Of a stretch of 64,000 nucleotides of DNA, positions 1 to 13,085 are shown piece after piece. Within the stretch, counting starts at the first letter, position 1; every line of letters starts with the position of its first letter. A program made the position numbers and the translations under genes. Origin of the DNA: Lama guanicoe (Eukaryota); NCBI GenBank assembly GCA_013239625.1, contig MU056000.1:7727214-7791213 (forward strand), read 5' to 3'. The notes under the pieces are model-generated. The model saw nothing but the letters and a program-made list of their open reading frames with translations. It was not told the origin of the DNA and ran no database searches.

Positions 1-2478
1 TGCCATTTTTATTTCAATTTCCATCTCTCCAGCTCGTGTTTTTCCTCTTATTTATAATGCCCTTTCCTCTTACCTCCTAATTCATGCAAACTCTATAGAT
101 TCTTCAAGATTTTGCTCTATAATTTTCCTTCTCTTAATTTATCCAGTAAATCTGTCGTATATGACTCTGAACCTAAGGTAGTTGCCAATAACTGGTCCAT
201 ATTTCATTTTTATCCACAGTAGCTGCTCCATGTCTCATGTTTTCTTTGAAACCCTTCCTTTTCTAGATGTTCAATACACAGATTTGAAGCATGGATAATT
301 AAAAGATACGGATCAGGCATTTTTTCCTAATGATATATAAATTGTCAGTGAAGAGCAAGATAGAAATCTATTGCCCCGCTGATGGGAAGCAATTCATAAG
401 GATGAATGAATTTGGTTTTCCCACCAGAAGACTTTACAAAAAGAAAAGCTTTTGTGAATTTTGAGCTTTGCTATTAGTAGTACTTATACTGAGCATAAAG
501 GTTCTCATTTCATTTCATAACTGCATAATTTGGAAATTACTCAGAACAGCTCTTCCTCAATCTTTTAAAATCAGGGGTCAACTAAAAACATCACCCTTAA
601 GTTTCTCCAGCCTGTCTTTCTTGAATCTCCTCACACGAAACACATTTTAAATCCTTGTTAGCTCTTGAGTTTTAGCTCCATTAAATTTCTGTCAACACAT
701 TCTTTTTTTTCATGGAAATAGACAATTACAGTTTCTGTACACCACTATCAACACAGAAAAAAAAATGAAGATGGAAAACTACTATTCAACAAATAACTCG
801 TAAAGTCTCTCAAAGCAGTTTCCCTTCAATGCACAGACGTACGAGAAGGCGTATTTCAGCAAAGGAATGCTCCGCGTCCGAGGGAAAGTGGCGTTTATTT
901 GAGGCCGTAATATTTCATCGGGCTTCTGGAGCCACTGATTCAGAACGAACAGCTCCTTTCTAATTTATAGCGTGTTCGTCATGTCTGGCTGCCTGTTTAG
1001 CTGAAGGAGCCCGTCCTGGGAGAGAATTCATTTGGCTCCTGGAGGAGTCCAAGGAGGGACTAAGTAGGGATGCTGGGATAGGCACTTCAAGCAAAACAGA
1101 CTGGAACTCAAACCATCTTAGATCAAGGGCTTATTTTAACCGGCAAGATACTTAGGAAAGGATCTCATCCATCCACAATACTCCTCTAGCCCCTATTTTT
1201 GCAGTGCTTCAGCTTACACATACTTCCCCCTAGGAACAGGAAAATCTCAAAAGGGAAATACATGGGCTGAACTTTATAAACTAAAGTGCAAAGTAATGAA
1301 TGCTTAAGGGAAACAGAGAGGCTTGGGGAAATCGAGAAACAGACTATAACTTAGTGGAATATTTACTGTTTCCCACTGGCTTAGAAAAAGACAAATTTTC
1401 CCTCTGGCAAGGTGGATCTCATCCCCTAGAATGTGAGCCTCCTGCTGTGGCCCCACTTCCCCATCCCAAGACTGGTTGGCTGGAGATGAAGGCGGACTGA
1501 CTTTAGGCTCCCGCTCCTCCTCCGAGCAGGCAGCCAGGGGCTGCAAGGAGGTGCTCTGGGAGGTTGTTGATGGAAGCCCTTTCTGAAGGGCTTTCTGAAT
1601 TCTTACAGAGAGCGGTGCCTAAGCTGCTCTCTCTGCCGACCAGTGATGTTCTCTGCCCCTAGATGTTATCTTAGATCTCTCCTGGGATCACCCATTGTGT
1701 AAACGACTCACAGTTGCTGATCTGAGAACAACAAAAGGACAACTTCTGAGAGACAATATGAAAGAATTCTCCCCTCCCATCCAAGAAAGAAAAGTTACGC
1801 ATTCTTTTTAGCAGCATTTAGAAATGAAGTGTAGAATTAAAATTTCTAGATGTGACCTTTTTCTCTTAAGGTTTTACTTTTAAATCATTTTGGGGATGAA
1901 GTCTCCGTTGAAACATATGATATAAATTCCTGCCTGCCTCGGGAGAGTCTACTGGACCAACGCCTGGCCTCTTGCTGTGATCCACGGCATCATTAGGGGC
2001 ATTGACCCTTCACCCCGGGCAGTAACTAGGTCAGGGTCTCGGGCTAGGGACACGGGTCAGGCCGTCGGGTCTCTCCCAGTGCTTCTGGGCTGTAATATTT
2101 CTCAACCTCCTGAGCCGCTTTTTATATTTATTTTGTGTCTCATGTCCACAATTACTTCAATTACTTATTGACTCTTGTTGATGCTTTTCTCGTGTGTGCA
2201 AAACCCCTCTGCTCATTAATTGAGACGCTCAGAAGGACAGGCTGATTTTCTGTGGGGTGAGACTGTGATTACAGGTCTGTCCAATCTGGAAAGTTCACGG
2301 ATCTGAGCTTATATACACGGGGTGCTTAGTGATCCTTTTCTTCTGCTTCTTCATTTGTTCTTTCGTTTCAGTTGGGTTTCAATTACTCAGACTATTGGGT
2401 GAGTGCCTTTCATATCTATGACACAACTTGTTGGGACCAAATGCTGGACCTTTGGGCTCAGAGCCTCTATGTCACTCA

Positions 2479-2848
<370 letters not shown>

Positions 2849-3759
2849 AAGACAGGACACGCAAGATGGTGAGTGGGACAGCTGGGCTTCAAATTGACCC
2901 TGACTTGTCAGGAAACAGCCAGTATAAAACAAATAAAAGCCTCTTGGCTTTTCTGGCTCTTTTCCTTTGTCCAGCCTGGACAGAGCAGGGGATGGTTGTA
3001 ACCAGTCTCCAGCCTCATTCTCACACCCCCCACCCCCAGCCCCACGAGGGTAAGAGACAGGAATGCATTACAATTTGGCAAAGAATTTTCAAAGTGCAAA
3101 CCCAAGAGCATGGCATTGAGTCAGAATGCAGATTTAGTGTTTGACCACAAAATAGAACAGAAAGAAGAGAAAAACAACCAATGACCAGGAAGGGCCAGAT
3201 TTGGGGGTTTTGATGGCAGTGTGGTTTATTTAAGCTGTTCACATCCTCAGATGAAGCACAGGAGTGTGTGCAGTGTTGGCTCCAGGGGCCTGAGGGATCG
3301 CAGGGAGCTGCTCTCCACGCCCAAGCACAAGAGATGGCGGGGAAGGCTGACGTGCACACACATCGCACACGTGCCTCTCACATTCACACACAGGAATGCG
3401 CATTGACGAGCATCTATAAATAAAACCCTTCAAACAATTAAAGTTCTGTCCTCTGGGCCATAGTGACAAACTAAAGAGTCGCATAAACCTTTGGACTAGT
3501 GTTTATCTTTTTTTTTTTTTCCCAGGCATGGCTTTGAAATCCCCATGAAACTATAAGTAAGTATCTTTTGGTTAGTGCCAAGCTGCATCACAAAACAGAC
3601 ACCAGGTCAATAAATCTGTGCCAGTTTAATTCGATCAAATTTTTGGAAGTCACTTTGACTCGTGGTGAGGGGAAATATTAACTATCTACAGAGCCTTTGT
3701 TTCAATGGGCTGGTTCCAACTGCACAACTCCAGGGCCTGCTGGTGACTTTGGCCTATCT

Positions 3760-3976
3760 CAAGGGCTGGCACACTTTTTCTATAAAGGGTCAGATAACAA
3801 ATACTCTTGGATTTGTGGGCCATATGGCCTCGGTCACAGCTACTCAACTCTGCCATTGCAGGACTGGAGGAGTCATAAATAATACATAAATGGATGGGTG
3901 GCTGTGTTTTCCATTCCAACGTTATTTCCACGAATGGGTGGGATCTGGCCTGTGGGTTGCAGTTTGCTGACTCCTG
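3760..3976 (+). mobile_element. MER58A-like hAT-Charlie non-autonomous DNA transposon
   Basis: Termini caagggctggcacact...agtttgctgactcctg and internal gctactcaactctgcc motif typical of MER58; imperfect 8-bp TSD gcctatct/gtctatgt. Confidence 0.85.
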
Positions 3977-4644
3977 GTCTATGTGGTGACTCCGGGCAGG
4001 ACATAACCATTCATGAGGACTCCAATGTGAAGTCCACCTCTGAAACTGACCCGTGGTGCAGTGACTCATAGATCCCTTGAAGAGAATATCGGAACTGAGG
4101 TCAAAAATGCTTTTGACATAAAACGGCCTTTGAGATGGAAAGTGAGCAGATGGTAGGCTGGGATCAGGCTGACATTGGATTTGAGAGCCAGAGTAAACGG
4201 ATATGTGAGAACATGAATTTTGTAATGAAATTATGGGATGCTATTACATAGTCAATGAAATGACTGCTAATTTCCTGGGTCTTCACATTTGCAATGTAGA
4301 TCAACTACATTTAAGGTTTCTTCATCCATTTACTTGCTGGAAACAGCAACAGTCAGTATTACTATTGCTGACTTGGAATTCAATTTGGGCTGTGTTTGAA
4401 AACCTGTTAGTTATATCACATACTTTTACAAGAAAAAAATTAAGCATTCTTGTAAATTTCAATTTTTTTTCCTCTATGAGAGACAAGCTATATTCAAGTA
4501 ACATACATATTTTCTTTTACTAAAATGTCAGTTGCTACATGATATCACATTTATGCTGGTATCGTGGTTGAAATGTAATATGAAATTCTTTTGACTTAGA
4601 GAATTTTAGGTCATTTCATGGATACAGATAGAGGCACACTTTAT

Positions 4645-7600
4645 TCTTTTTAAAAATTGAATTATAATTGAGCTACAGCACTACGTGAGTTCCTGCTGAT
4701 CTGATATTTGTATATATTATAACATGACCACAACAATAACTCTAGTTCCGTCTGTCACTATACAGTTATTACAATATTATGGACTCTATTGCACATGCTG
4801 TACATTTCAACCCTATGGTTCATTTATTTTGCAACTGGACTTTTCTATCTCTTAACCTCCCTCACCAGTTTAGCTCATCCCCACATCCCTCTCTCCTCTG
4901 GCAACCACTTTTTTGTTCCCTGTATCTATGAGTCTCTTTCTGTTTTTTTATGTTTGTTCTTCTGTTTTGTTTTTTAGATTCTGCATCTAAGTGAATATGG
5001 TATCTGTCTATCTCTGACATTGCACTTAGCATATCTTCTACATCCATCCATACTGTTGCAAATGCCAGGGTTCTTTTTTATTATTTTTTATAGCCAAGTA
5101 ATATTCTGTTGTATATATATACCACATCTTCATTATCCATTCATCTATTGATGAGCACTTAGGGTGTTTCCATGTATTTCCTACTGTAAATAATGCTGCA
5201 ATGAACACTGAAGTGCATTTAAGCTGTTCACATCCTCTGATTAGTGTTTTTGCTTTCTTTGAAAAATATCCAGAACTGGAATTACTGGGTTGTATGGTAG
5301 TTCTACTTTTAATTTTTTGAGGAACCTCCATACTGTTTTCCACAGTGACTGTACCAACAGTGCATGAAGGCTCCTTTTTTCCCCATATCCTTGCTGACAC
5401 TTGTTATTTCTTGTCCTCTTGATAATAGCCATTCTGACAGGTGTGAGGTGATATCTCACCGTGGTTTTGATTTGCATTTCCCTGATGATTAATTATGTTG
5501 AGCATCTTTTCACGTGTCTGTTGGCCATCTGTATGGCTTCTTTGGAAAAATGCCTATTCAGGTCTTATGCCTAGTTTTTAATTGGGTTGAGTTTTTTTTT
5601 TTTTTTGATACTGAGTTGTATGAGCTGTTTATATATTTTGGATATAATTCCCTTATTGGTCATATCATTTACAAATATTTTCTTCCATTCAGTAGGTTGC
5701 CTTTTCATTTTGTCTGTAGTTTCCTTTGCTGTGTAAAGGCTTTTAGGTTTAATTAGGTCCCATTTGTTTATTTTTGCTTTAGTTTCCTTTGTTTGAGAAG
5801 ATACAACCCCTAAATATTGCTACTTCTTACAAACAAAGAGTGTTCTGCTTGTGTTTTCTGCTGGTAGTTTTAGGTTTCTGGTCTTGTATTTAGATCTTTA
5901 ATGAATTTTGAGCTTAGTTTTGTATATGGCATGAAAAAGCAGTCCAGTTTGATTCTTTAGCACATAGCTGTCCAGTCAGTTTTCCTAACACCATTTATGG
6001 AAGAGGCTGTCTTTTCCCCATTATATATTCTTGCCTCTCTTGTCGTAGATTAATTGCCCATACGTGCGTGGGTTTATTTTTGGTCTCTCTATTCTGTTCC
6101 ATTGATTTATGTGTCTTTTTTGCGTCAGTACCATACTGTTTTGATTACTGTGACTTTGTAGTATAGCCTGATGACAGACTGTGTAATACCTCCAGCTTTG
6201 TCCTTTATTCTCAAGATTGCTTGGGCTTTGGGGATCTTTTTGTAGCTCCACATAAATTTAAGTATTATTTGTTCTAGTTCTGTTAAAAATATTGTGGGTA
6301 TTTTCTTAGGGATTGCATTAAATCTGTAGATTGCTTTGTATGAATTCTTCCAATCCATGAACACAAGATATCTTTCAATTTCCTTGTATTATCTTCAATT
6401 TCCTTCATCAGTTTAATAAATTTCAGAGCACAGGTCTTTCACCTCGGTTAAGTTTATTCCTAGGTGTTTTATACGTGTTGATGTGATTTTAAATGGGATT
6501 ATTTTCTTGATTTCTGATACTTCATTATTAGTGTATAGAAAAGCAGCAGATCTGGTATATTAATCCTTATTACTTCTAATAGTTTTGGGGTGGGGCTTTT
6601 TAGGGTTTTCTATATATAGTATTATGTCATCTGCAAATAGTGACCATTTACATCTTCCCTTCCAATTTGTATGCTTTCTATTTCTTTTTCTTGTTGAATG
6701 CTGTGGCTAAGGCTTCCAATACCAGGTTAAATAGAAGTGGTAAGAGTGGGCATCTTTGTTTTGTTCCTAATTTTAGAGGAAAAATTTTCAGCTTTTCACC
6801 ATTGAATATCATATTACCTGTGGGCATATACCCATTTTGATGAACGGTTTTATCATAAATGGATGTTGAATTTTTTCAAATGCTTTTTCTGTGTCTATTG
6901 AGGTGATTGTATGCTTTTTATCCTTCATTTTGTTAACATGGTGTATCACGTTGATTAATTTGTTGAACCATTCTTGCATTCCTGTGATAAATCCCACCTG
7001 ACTGTGGTGTATGATTCTTTTTATATATTGTTGAATTTAGTTTGCTTTATATTTTGTTGAGGATTTCTGCATCTAAATTCATCAGATATATTGGCTAGTA
7101 ATTTTCTTTCTTTCTTTCTCTCTCTCTCTGTTTTTGGTATCTTTTCTGGTTTTGGTATCAGGGTAAGAGTAGCTCACAGAATGAATCTGGGAGTGTTCCA
7201 TCTTTTTCATGTTTTGGAATAATTTGAGAAGGATAGGTATCAGCTCTTCTTCACATGTTTGGTAGAATTCCACTGTGAAACAGTCCTGGACTGTTGTTTT
7301 CTGGGAATTTTTTGATTATTGATTCAGTTTCACTACTAGTGACTGGCCTGTTCAGATGATCTATTTCATACTGATTCAGTTTCAGAAGACTGTATGTTTC
7401 CAGGAATTTATGCATTTCTTCTAGGTTTTCCAATTTGTTGGCATATAACTGTTTGTTAGTATTCTCTTATGATTTTCTGTATCTTGATGTCATTGGTTGT
7501 ACTTTTCCCTCTTTCATTTCTTATTTCGTTTATTTGGCCACTTTCTTTTTCTTAATGGGCCTAGTTAAAGGCTTGTCATTTTATTTATCTTTTCAAAAAA

Positions 7601-10600
7601 CAGCTCTTGGTTTCATTAATCTTTTCTGGTTTTTATTTTATTTATTTCTGCTCTGATCTTCATTATTTCCCTCCTTCTGCTGACTTTGGGCTTTGTTCAT
7701 TATTCTTTTCTTAGTTCCTTTACATGGTAGGGTAGATTGTTTATTTGATATTATTCTTATTTCTCGAGGTAAGCTTGTATCACTATAAACCTCCCTCTTG
7801 GAACTGCTTTTGCTGCATCCCATAGATTTTGGAAGTTGTGCTTTTAAGTTTTTAAGTTCATTTGTCTTGGGATATTTTCTGGTTTCTTTTTTGATTTCTT
7901 TCTTGACTGTTTGGCTTTTTAGCAGCATGTTATTTAGTCTCCACGTGTTTGTTTTCCCCATTTTTCTTTCTGCAATTAATTTCCAGTTTCATAGTGTTGT
8001 GGTTGGAAGATACTTGATATAATTTCTATCCTTTTAAATATGTTGAGATGTATTTTGTAGCCTAGCATGTAATCTATGTGCACTTGAAAAGAACATTTAT
8101 TCTGCTGTTTTGGAATTGAATGTCCTGTAGATATCTATTAAGTCCAACTGGTCTAATGTGTCATTTAAGGCCACTCTTACTGATTTTCTGCCTGGATGAT
8201 CTGTCCATTGATGTAAGTGGGGTGTTAAAGTCCCCGACTATTATTGTATTATTGTCTTTCTCCCTTTAAGTCTAGTAATAATTACTTTATATAATTAGGT
8301 GCTCCTATATTGGGTGCATATACGTTAATGAATGTTATATCCTCTTCTTGTATTGATCCCTTTATCATTATATAATGCCCTCCTTTGTCTTTTGTTACAG
8401 ACATTGTTTTAAAGTCTACTTTGTCTGATATGAGGATTGCTATCCCAGCTTTCCTTTCATTTCCATTTGCAAGGAATATCTTTTCCATCCTCTCACTTTG
8501 TCTCTGTGTGCTGTTACCTCTAACGTGAGGTTTTTGTAGGCAGCATATAGAAGATTTTTTTTCTTTAATCCTATCAGCCACTCTGTATCTTTTGATTGGA
8601 ACAGTCTATTGACATGTAAAGTGATTATTGTTAGGTATGTACTTATTGCCGATTGTTACTTGTTTACTGGTTGTTTTTATAGGTCTTCTGTGTTCTTTTA
8701 CTCTTCTTGTAGTCACTTCTCTTGTGGTTTAGTGATATTCTTCAGTACTATGTTTGTATTCCTTTCTGTCTAGTTTTTGTGTATTTATTGTGGGTTTTTG
8801 GTGAGTGGTTACCATGTGCTTCATATATGTTGACCTATAATTATATCTACTTGTTTTAAATTGATATTCACTTAAGCTCAAACACATTCTAAATGATTTA
8901 CATTTTTTACTCCCTTCATCCATGTTTGATGCTTTTGATGTTATATTTTACATTTTCATGACTGTTCCTTAAATGTTTATTGTAGTTACAGTTGAATTCA
9001 AAATTTTTGTCTTTTAATCATTGTACTGGCTTATTTAAGTAGTTGATCCTCAGTCCTTTCTATGTATTTGCCTTTCCTAGTCGGATTTTCCTTTTCCTAT
9101 AGATTCCAACTTCTTTTCCACTTAGAGAAGACCCTTTATCATTTCTTTTATTATAGGTTTAGTACTGATGAACTCTTTTAGCTTTTGCTTGTCTGAGAAG
9201 TTCTTTATCTCTCCTTCTGTCTAAATGATAACTGTGCTGTGCAGAGTATCCTCTGTTGTAGGGTTTTTCCTTTCAGTACTTTAAATATATCATGCTACCT
9301 TCCTTCTGGCCTGCAAAGTTTCTGCAGAAAAATCAGCTGATAGCCTTATGGGAGTTCCCTTGTATGTGACTCTTTTTCTCTTGCTGCCTTTAGAATTCTC
9401 TTTTTAACTTTTACCACTTTGACTATGGTATGCCTTGGTGTGGGTCCCTTTGGGTTTATCTTGTTTGGGACTCTCTGTGATTCCTGTATTTGGATTTGTT
9501 TCTTTCTTCAGCTTTGGGAAGTTTTCAGCCATAGTTTCTTCAAATATATTTTCTACCCCTTTATCTCTCTCCTCCTTCTGGGATCCCTGCAATGCAAATG
9601 TTAGTATGCTTGATATTGTCTCACAGGTCACTTAAACTATCCTCATTTAAAAAATTTGTTCTTCTTTTTGCTGTTCTGATTGGGTGATTTCCATTTTTCT
9701 ATCTTCCAGATCACTTGTGCATTCTTCTGTATCATCTAGTCTACTGTTATTTCCTTCCAGTATATTTTTCATTTCAGTCATTATTTTCCTCACATCTGAC
9801 TGGTTATTTTTTATATTTTCTAGTTCCTTGTTAAATTTCTTGCTGTGTTCATCTACTCTCTTCCCATGTTCAGTTAGCATTCTTATTAATATTGCTTTGA
9901 ACTCTTTATATGGTAAATTATTTTTCTCTTTTTCATTAGGGTATTTTAAGGGTCTTTTCTTGTGCTTTCACTTGAAACATACTCTTCTGTCTTCGTTTTG
10001 TTTAGCTTTCTCTGTCTCTATGAGATTAGATTAAACAGTTACCTTTCCTGGTCTTGGGTGGGAGCATCCCTATGTAATCTGCATGTATTCAGTGGATTTG
10101 GTGGGAGAGCTGTATCTGAAGTGAGCATGGATCACTTCTTCCCCTGGGGTGTGCTGGCAGCTACCACCTTGTTGGGAGGTATGGCTGGAGATGGAAGAAT
10201 CAGAGCCAGAGCCAGGTGTGAACCAGGGCTTCTCCTGTGCTCAGTGGTGGTTTCCACCCTATCAGGGACTGGGCCCAGGCCCAAAAGTTCCATTCCCTCT
10301 GAGTGTGCCCACTCTCTTTGGCAATGGTGGCCTCTGCCTTAGTGGAGAGCAGTGCTGGAGCAAGAGGGACTGGAGCAGGTGGCCAGTATGGGCTGGGGCA
10401 CACTCTGTGATAGTTCCAATGAGCTGGTCATAGCCCCAGATGGTTTTCAATCTGTTGCCTCTGTGTTTATGCTGTTAATGGCTGCGTTTGCTCTGTTCAC
10501 AGGCAGGGTCAGGTCTGAGCTGGCTCCATTCTAAGTGTGTGTACTCTTCTTGGCAACGGCACCTTCACTCTAGTGGAGAGCAGCACTGGAGCAAGAGGGG

Positions 10601-11285
10601 CTGGCACAGGTTCCCAGTGTGGGCTGTGGTGGCCTTGGGAAACCAGTAAGAGCCCCAGTTTTCAAGCTGTTTCCGCTAGCTGTTCCCAGGAGTAAGCAAG
10701 TTTGTGCATGTGCTGTTTTTCTTTTTTTTCCACTTTTAAATACAAACCCCATGTATCAGGGTTGTTGCATTGCCCTTGAAAGGTCAAAGTAGTCACAGTG
10801 CCCTGGAACATTCTTGTGGTAGACAGAAAAATTACCTGCCCAGGACTGTGGCCAGGTGCAGAGTGAGTCTGCGAGTACACAATGCTCTTAACAAGCAAAG
10901 TCTCAGTTTCTTACAGCCCTCCTGTAAGTCCCACTAGTGTTCGAACCAGCAAAGGGGACTTGTCTTCCCAGTGTCAGATCCCAGGCCTGGAGTGCCCCAT
11001 ATGTGGCTCAAACCCATCATTCCCCAGAGAGGATCCCTGAGGCTGTGATATCTCTCTCCTCTTCTGTGTCCCTTGCTAAGGGGACAGTTCCTGACCCGAT
11101 CACATCTCCTCCCTTCCTATCAGACTCTGTGTGTATCTTTCTCTACAGAGTTGGTTGTAAAAGCCTTTCTGCCTGTCTCCAGGTTGTTTTCAGTGAGAGC
11201 TGTTCCACATGTAGATGTTTTAATGTGTTTATGGGTGGAGGTGAGTTCAGTGTCTTCCTACTCCACTATCCTTATCTCCCTCCTT
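4645..11285 (-). mobile_element. Near full-length degraded LINE-1 (3'UTR, ORF2, ORF1, GC-rich 5'UTR)
   Basis: Minus-strand ORF fragments are L1 ORF2 (endonuclease ICCLQ...AGIAILISDK...INVYAPN; RT region GMQEWFN...[19 protein letters not shown]-terminus [19 protein letters not shown]) and ORF1 (ENIFEETMAENFPKLKKE, coiled coil). Many stops and frameshifts. Confidence 0.93.
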
Positions 11286-11289
11286 CACA

Positions 11290-13085
11290 TTTAGTATTTT
11301 TGACTTCGTATTTTATATCTTTTTTGTTTTGTGTATCCCTTAACTACTTATTATGATTTTTACTATCTTTGTTTTTTAACCTTCTTACTAGCTTTATAAG
11401 TAGTTTATCTCTACAGTTACTGTATATTTGCCTTTATCAGTGAGATTTTTCCTTCAGCAATGTTCATATTTCTAGCTGTGGTCTTTTCTTTTCCACTTAG
11501 AGATGTACTGTTGACATTTCTTATAAAGCCAGTTTAGTAGTGCTGAATTCTTTTGGCTTTTGGCTTTTGGCTTTTGGCTTTAAAACTCTTTCTCTCTCCA
11601 TCAAATCTGAATGACAGCTTTGGTGGGCAGAGTATTCTTGGTTTGTTGGGTTTTTTCCCTTTCATTGCTTTGAATATATCATGCCACTCCCTTCTAGCCT
11701 GAAAAATTTCTGCTGAAAAGTCATCTGAGAGTCTAATGGGAATTCTTTTGCATTTAATTAGTTGCTTTCCCCTGCTGCTTTTAAGATTCTCTTTTTATCC
11801 TTAATTTTTGCCATTTTAATTACAGTGTATCTTAGTGTGGACGTCTTGGGGTTCATCTTGTTTGGGACTCTCTTGACTTCCTGGATTAGGATGTCTGTTT
11901 TCTTTCCCAGGCTAGGTAAGTTTCAGCTATTATTCCTTCAGATAAGTTCCTCACCCCTTTCTCTCTCCTCTCTTTTCCTTCTGGAAACCTACAATGCGAA
12001 TGTTAGTATGCTTGATGTTGTTCCAAAGGTATTTTGAACTATCCTCATTTTAAAAATTTCTTTGATCTCTTCAGCTCAGATGATTTCCATTACCCTTTCT
12101 TCCAGTTTGCTGATCAACTCTTCTGTATCATCGAATTTACTGTTGATTCTTTCTAGTGTATTTTTTATTTTAGTTACTGTATTCTTCAGGTGTATTTGCT
12201 TCTTCTTTATATTTTCTAATGTTTGTTAAAGGTCTCACTGTGTTCATCCATTCTTCTCCTGAGCATCCTTACAATCATTATCTTGAACTTTTTGTTGGGT
12301 AGATTGTTTATCTCCACTTAGTTCTTCTTCCGGGGTTTTATTTGGTTCTTTTATTTGGAACATATTCCTCTGTCGTCTCATTTTGCTTACTTCTCTGTTT
12401 TCATTTCCATGTATCATGTAGGTCTGTTACATTTCCTGATCTTGGAGGAGTTGCCTTATGTAAGAGATGTCCTGTGGGGCCCAGCAACATACTCTTCCTC
12501 TGAACACCAGACCTATATGCTCTAGGGGCACACACTTTGTGAGCCCTTCTTTTCTAGTGGGGCTGACTACTGTGGTGTGTTGGTAGCTGGGGCTGGTCCC
12601 TGGCCTGGCTGGCTGTCAGGCTCTGCCTGGTGTGGAGGCTGCTGGCCTGCTGGTGGGTGGGGCTATGCCCTGGCACAGCTGGCTGATCCTCCCAGGACTG
12701 GGGCTGACTGGATGGTAGGCAAGTAAGCCTCTGGCACTAATAGACTAAGGGAGGACTCCAAAATCATGCTTGCTAGCTCCAGTGTCCTTGTGGGAGAACT
12801 AGCTCCCCCAAATGGCTGCTGCTAGCATCTCTGCCCTCAGGGGGATTCTCAGTTGCCTCTTGCCTCCCTGAGATGCTCTCCAAGATCAGTAAGTGGGTTT
12901 GACCCAGGCTCTTCTCAAATGACTGCCTCTGTGCTCAGTTTCGGAGTGTGTGAGATTTTGCGTGAGCCTTTTAAGAGCAGAGTCTGTGTTTCCTACAGCC
13001 TCCGGCTCTCCCATCCGGGGGCTTGTCCTCCTGGTGCTGGAGAGCCCGAGGCTCCTTGGGGAGAACCTTTGCAGCTGTGATTATC
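11290..13085 (-). mobile_element. Second L1 segment containing ORF1 and a different 5' region, abutting the first element
   Basis: 11290-12430 aligns by eye to 8930-10030 (e.g. gggttcatcttgtttgggactctc vs gggtttatcttgtttgggactctc; aatgttagtatgcttgat in both), followed by a GC-rich 5'UTR-like stretch. Confidence 0.85.

Noticed and set aside
5038..9880. L1 ORF fragments as a functional retrotransposon
   Set aside because: ORF1 and ORF2 are broken by many stops, frameshifts and small deletions.
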